DNA of 64,000 bases from Meyerozyma guilliermondii (lineage: Eukaryota), in contig CP128815.1 in assembly GCA_051546255.1 (NCBI GenBank), positions 1,922,001 to 1,986,000 on the forward strand, given 5' to 3'. The notes beneath the pieces were generated by a model that was not told where the DNA came from, did no database searches, and saw only the letters and a program-made list of their open reading frames with translations. Below, piece by piece: positions 62,364 through 64,000 of this stretch. Position 1 is the stretch's first letter. Each line of letters opens with the position of its first letter. A program made the position numbers and the translations under genes.

Positions 62364-63563
62364 CTATTGCTGTTTGCACTCAGGAGGTTGTTCCTTCGAC
62401 TTGGACTCGTCGTCTTCTTCTCCTTCACTGTCTTCATCTTCTTCTTCATCGGTGAATTCCTCTACATCTTCGAAATCATCTGGGTACCCAAATTCCACCG
62501 CATCGCCAGTGAACCAGTCTACTGCTCTTGGAATCAACCTGTCCTTGATCTCCTCTCCAAGCTGGTAGTCCAACTCCAAACGTGCTTCCAAATCGTCATC
62601 TTCTTCGTCTTCTTCATCTTCCTCCTCTTCGTCTTGCTCATCCTTGGCTGGAGGCTTTGGAGGATCGAAAAAGTTGAAGAAGCTTTCGGCTGGAGTCAAT
62701 TTCTCGATGGTACGCGTTTGCTTGGTGGTCTTGTTCCGTTGCTTTCTCCGCTCGATGTTGATGGTGACATTCATTTCTCTCAGTTTCCAGTTGATTTCGC
62801 ACCCATCGGCATGGTCGTATACAAAGTCTCCCGAGTACCCCAATTCCGCCTGATAGTGGTAAGTCTTGGTGAGAATGTGGTTGCTAAAGTACTCGTTGTC
62901 GGCAAACTCAAAAATCAATTCGAAACCGGGAGTGTCCAAATACTCCATGCGCACATCAACCAAGCTCTGAAGAATGTCGCTGTCTCTGTCGGTTATGGTC
63001 TCCGATACGGTGGGAAGGTTTTCCAACGCCGTGAGCCAGAACCCAGGAACACCCGAGGGTGCTTCTTCTTCGGCATCTTGTTCTTCTTCCTCTTCGTCAT
63101 CTTCTTCGTCTTCATCATTTTCGTTCAACGCTTCACCTTCCTCAACTTCTTCCTTGGTGGGTTCGGCATCACCGTTCACAAACTTCTTTCTTCTCTCGTA
63201 CAATGGTTCGTACTTCTTAAAATACTTCTTTTCCAACTCCAACAACTCCTTTTGGAACTCTGCTTCCAAAGCCAACTGTTTTTGTTGCACCGCTTTCAAC
63301 CCAAGAACCCTTTGCTTGACGGCTTTGGGCAACGAGTCGATGTATCCGCTCTGTTTGCCCACCAAAGTTCCAAGCTTACCTTGAATCATCGATAATAACG
63401 CGGGGTTGTTGGCGAGCTGGCCACCAAGTTTGGACGAATCCTCCTCAGTAATCGTGGACACATTTGGGGGTTGGGACCGTAAGTATGAAGTGGTTACCGA
63501 CGATGGCGTGTTCTGGGGAGTCGGCGCTTTCGAGATATCTCCCTGCCTGTTTCTTGCTGACAT
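62364..63563 (-). CDS. NAP1: Nucleosome assembly protein 1
   Basis: KAPTPQNTP, GVPGFWLTALEN, ESFFNFF, LIPRAVDWFTG, acidic tracts, terminal CKQQ. Confidence 0.96.
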   Translation of the reverse strand: MSARNRQGDISKAPTPQNTPSSVTTSYLRSQPPNVSTITEEDSSKLGGQLANNPALLSMIQGKLGTLVGKQSGYIDSLPKAVKQRVLGLKAVQQKQLALEAEFQKELLELEKKYFKKYEPLYERRKKFVNGDAEPTKEEVEEGEALNENDEDEEDDEEEEEQDAEEEAPSGVPGFWLTALENLPTVSETITDRDSDILQSLVDVRMEYLDTPGFELIFEFADNEYFSNHILTKTYHYQAELGYSGDFVYDHADGCEINWKLREMNVTINIERRKQRNKTTKQTRTIEKLTPAESFFNFFDPPKPPAKDEQDEEEEDEEDEEDDDLEARLELDYQLGEEIKDRLIPRAVDWFTGDAVEFGYPDDFEDVEEFTDEEEDEDSEGEEDDESKSKEQPPECKQQ

Positions 63564-63778
63564 GGTGTTGGGAATAAATTGTCGCTCATCGTGAATAATC
63601 GCGTCTAGGCAGGGCACGAACGGGCTGCGAAAGGAATAATGCGAAGCATAATGCGAAAGAATAAGAGGAAGAGAAAGGGAGAGGAACAAAAAAAAAAGAA
63701 GAAAAGAAGAATGAAAAATGAAGAATGAAGATGACTGTTGGCTCTTTACACTTTGTCGTAACGTAGATTCATAAATAG

Positions 63779-64000
63779 CTACTCAATCGATGGGATTGAT
63801 GACTCCGGCAATTCCATAGTTGAGTCCTTGATGTCGTCGTACTTTCCGTCAAGGTACCGCTCGATCTCGTCCTTTCTGGTTTCCCACTCATCAACTTGAG
63901 ATAACTTGCCCTCAATTTCCTTGATCTCATTATCAATGCTCTGCAAGTTTTCCTCCGATGTCAAATCTTGAAATTCCCAGTTGGTAGCATCGCCATTCTC
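63779..64000 (-). CDS. 3' end of an unidentified gene (5'-partial)
   Basis: Open frame from the window end: ENGDATNWEFQDLTSEENLQSIDNEIKEIEGKLSQVDEW...PSIE*, coiled-coil-like. Confidence 0.6.
   Translation of the reverse strand, partial: ENGDATNWEFQDLTSEENLQSIDNEIKEIEGKLSQVDEWETRKDEIERYLDGKYDDIKDSTMELPESSIPSIE

Noticed and set aside
62346..63395. 349-aa Phe/Leu-rich antisense ORF opposite NAP1
   Set aside because: Reverse complement of Glu/Asp/Lys codons; not an independent membrane protein.
1..64000. tRNA genes, LTRs and transposases
   Set aside because: No A/B-box cloverleaf, TG...CA LTR pair or RT/integrase/transposase ORF was seen; short solo LTRs cannot be excluded by eye.

Overview
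Gene-dense nuclear DNA from a budding yeast of the CUG-Ser (CTG) clade. CTG codons repeatedly fall at conserved serines (Rpb1 CTD heptads, Apc11, CK2, Lys20/21, Neo1, Dnm1), so translation table 12 applies and the supplied ORF track mistranslates these as Leu. Compactness and composition are compatible with a Meyerozyma/Debaryomycetaceae-like species (inference). About 40 protein genes are present, mostly housekeeping: POP3 (partial), RPO21/RPB1, CPR6, CK2 alpha, LTV1, a MATE transporter, PIH1, BPL1, APC11, COQ2, VPS3-like, PRO1, a SurE-type secreted phosphatase, SIT4, RSM18, INH1, a FLU1/TPO1-like MFS, homocitrate synthase, SYG1, NEO1, intron-containing ATP1, APE2, DNM1, a GT62 glycosyltransferase, RTT109, chitin deacetylase, PLN1/PET10 and NAP1. 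No tRNA, rRNA, CRISPR array or transposon was recognised. The most notable items are: (1) a decayed Gre2-type reductase N-terminus fused in frame to the FLU1/TPO1-like drug transporter; (2) an alpha/beta-hydrolase fused to a DUSP11/capping-enzyme-like cysteine RNA 5'-triphosphatase domain; (3) a secreted Cys-patterned, beta-rich protein that may be pore-forming-toxin-like; (4) two small membrane ORFs, one of which is absent from the ORF track. All gene identities come from motif recognition by eye, not database searches.
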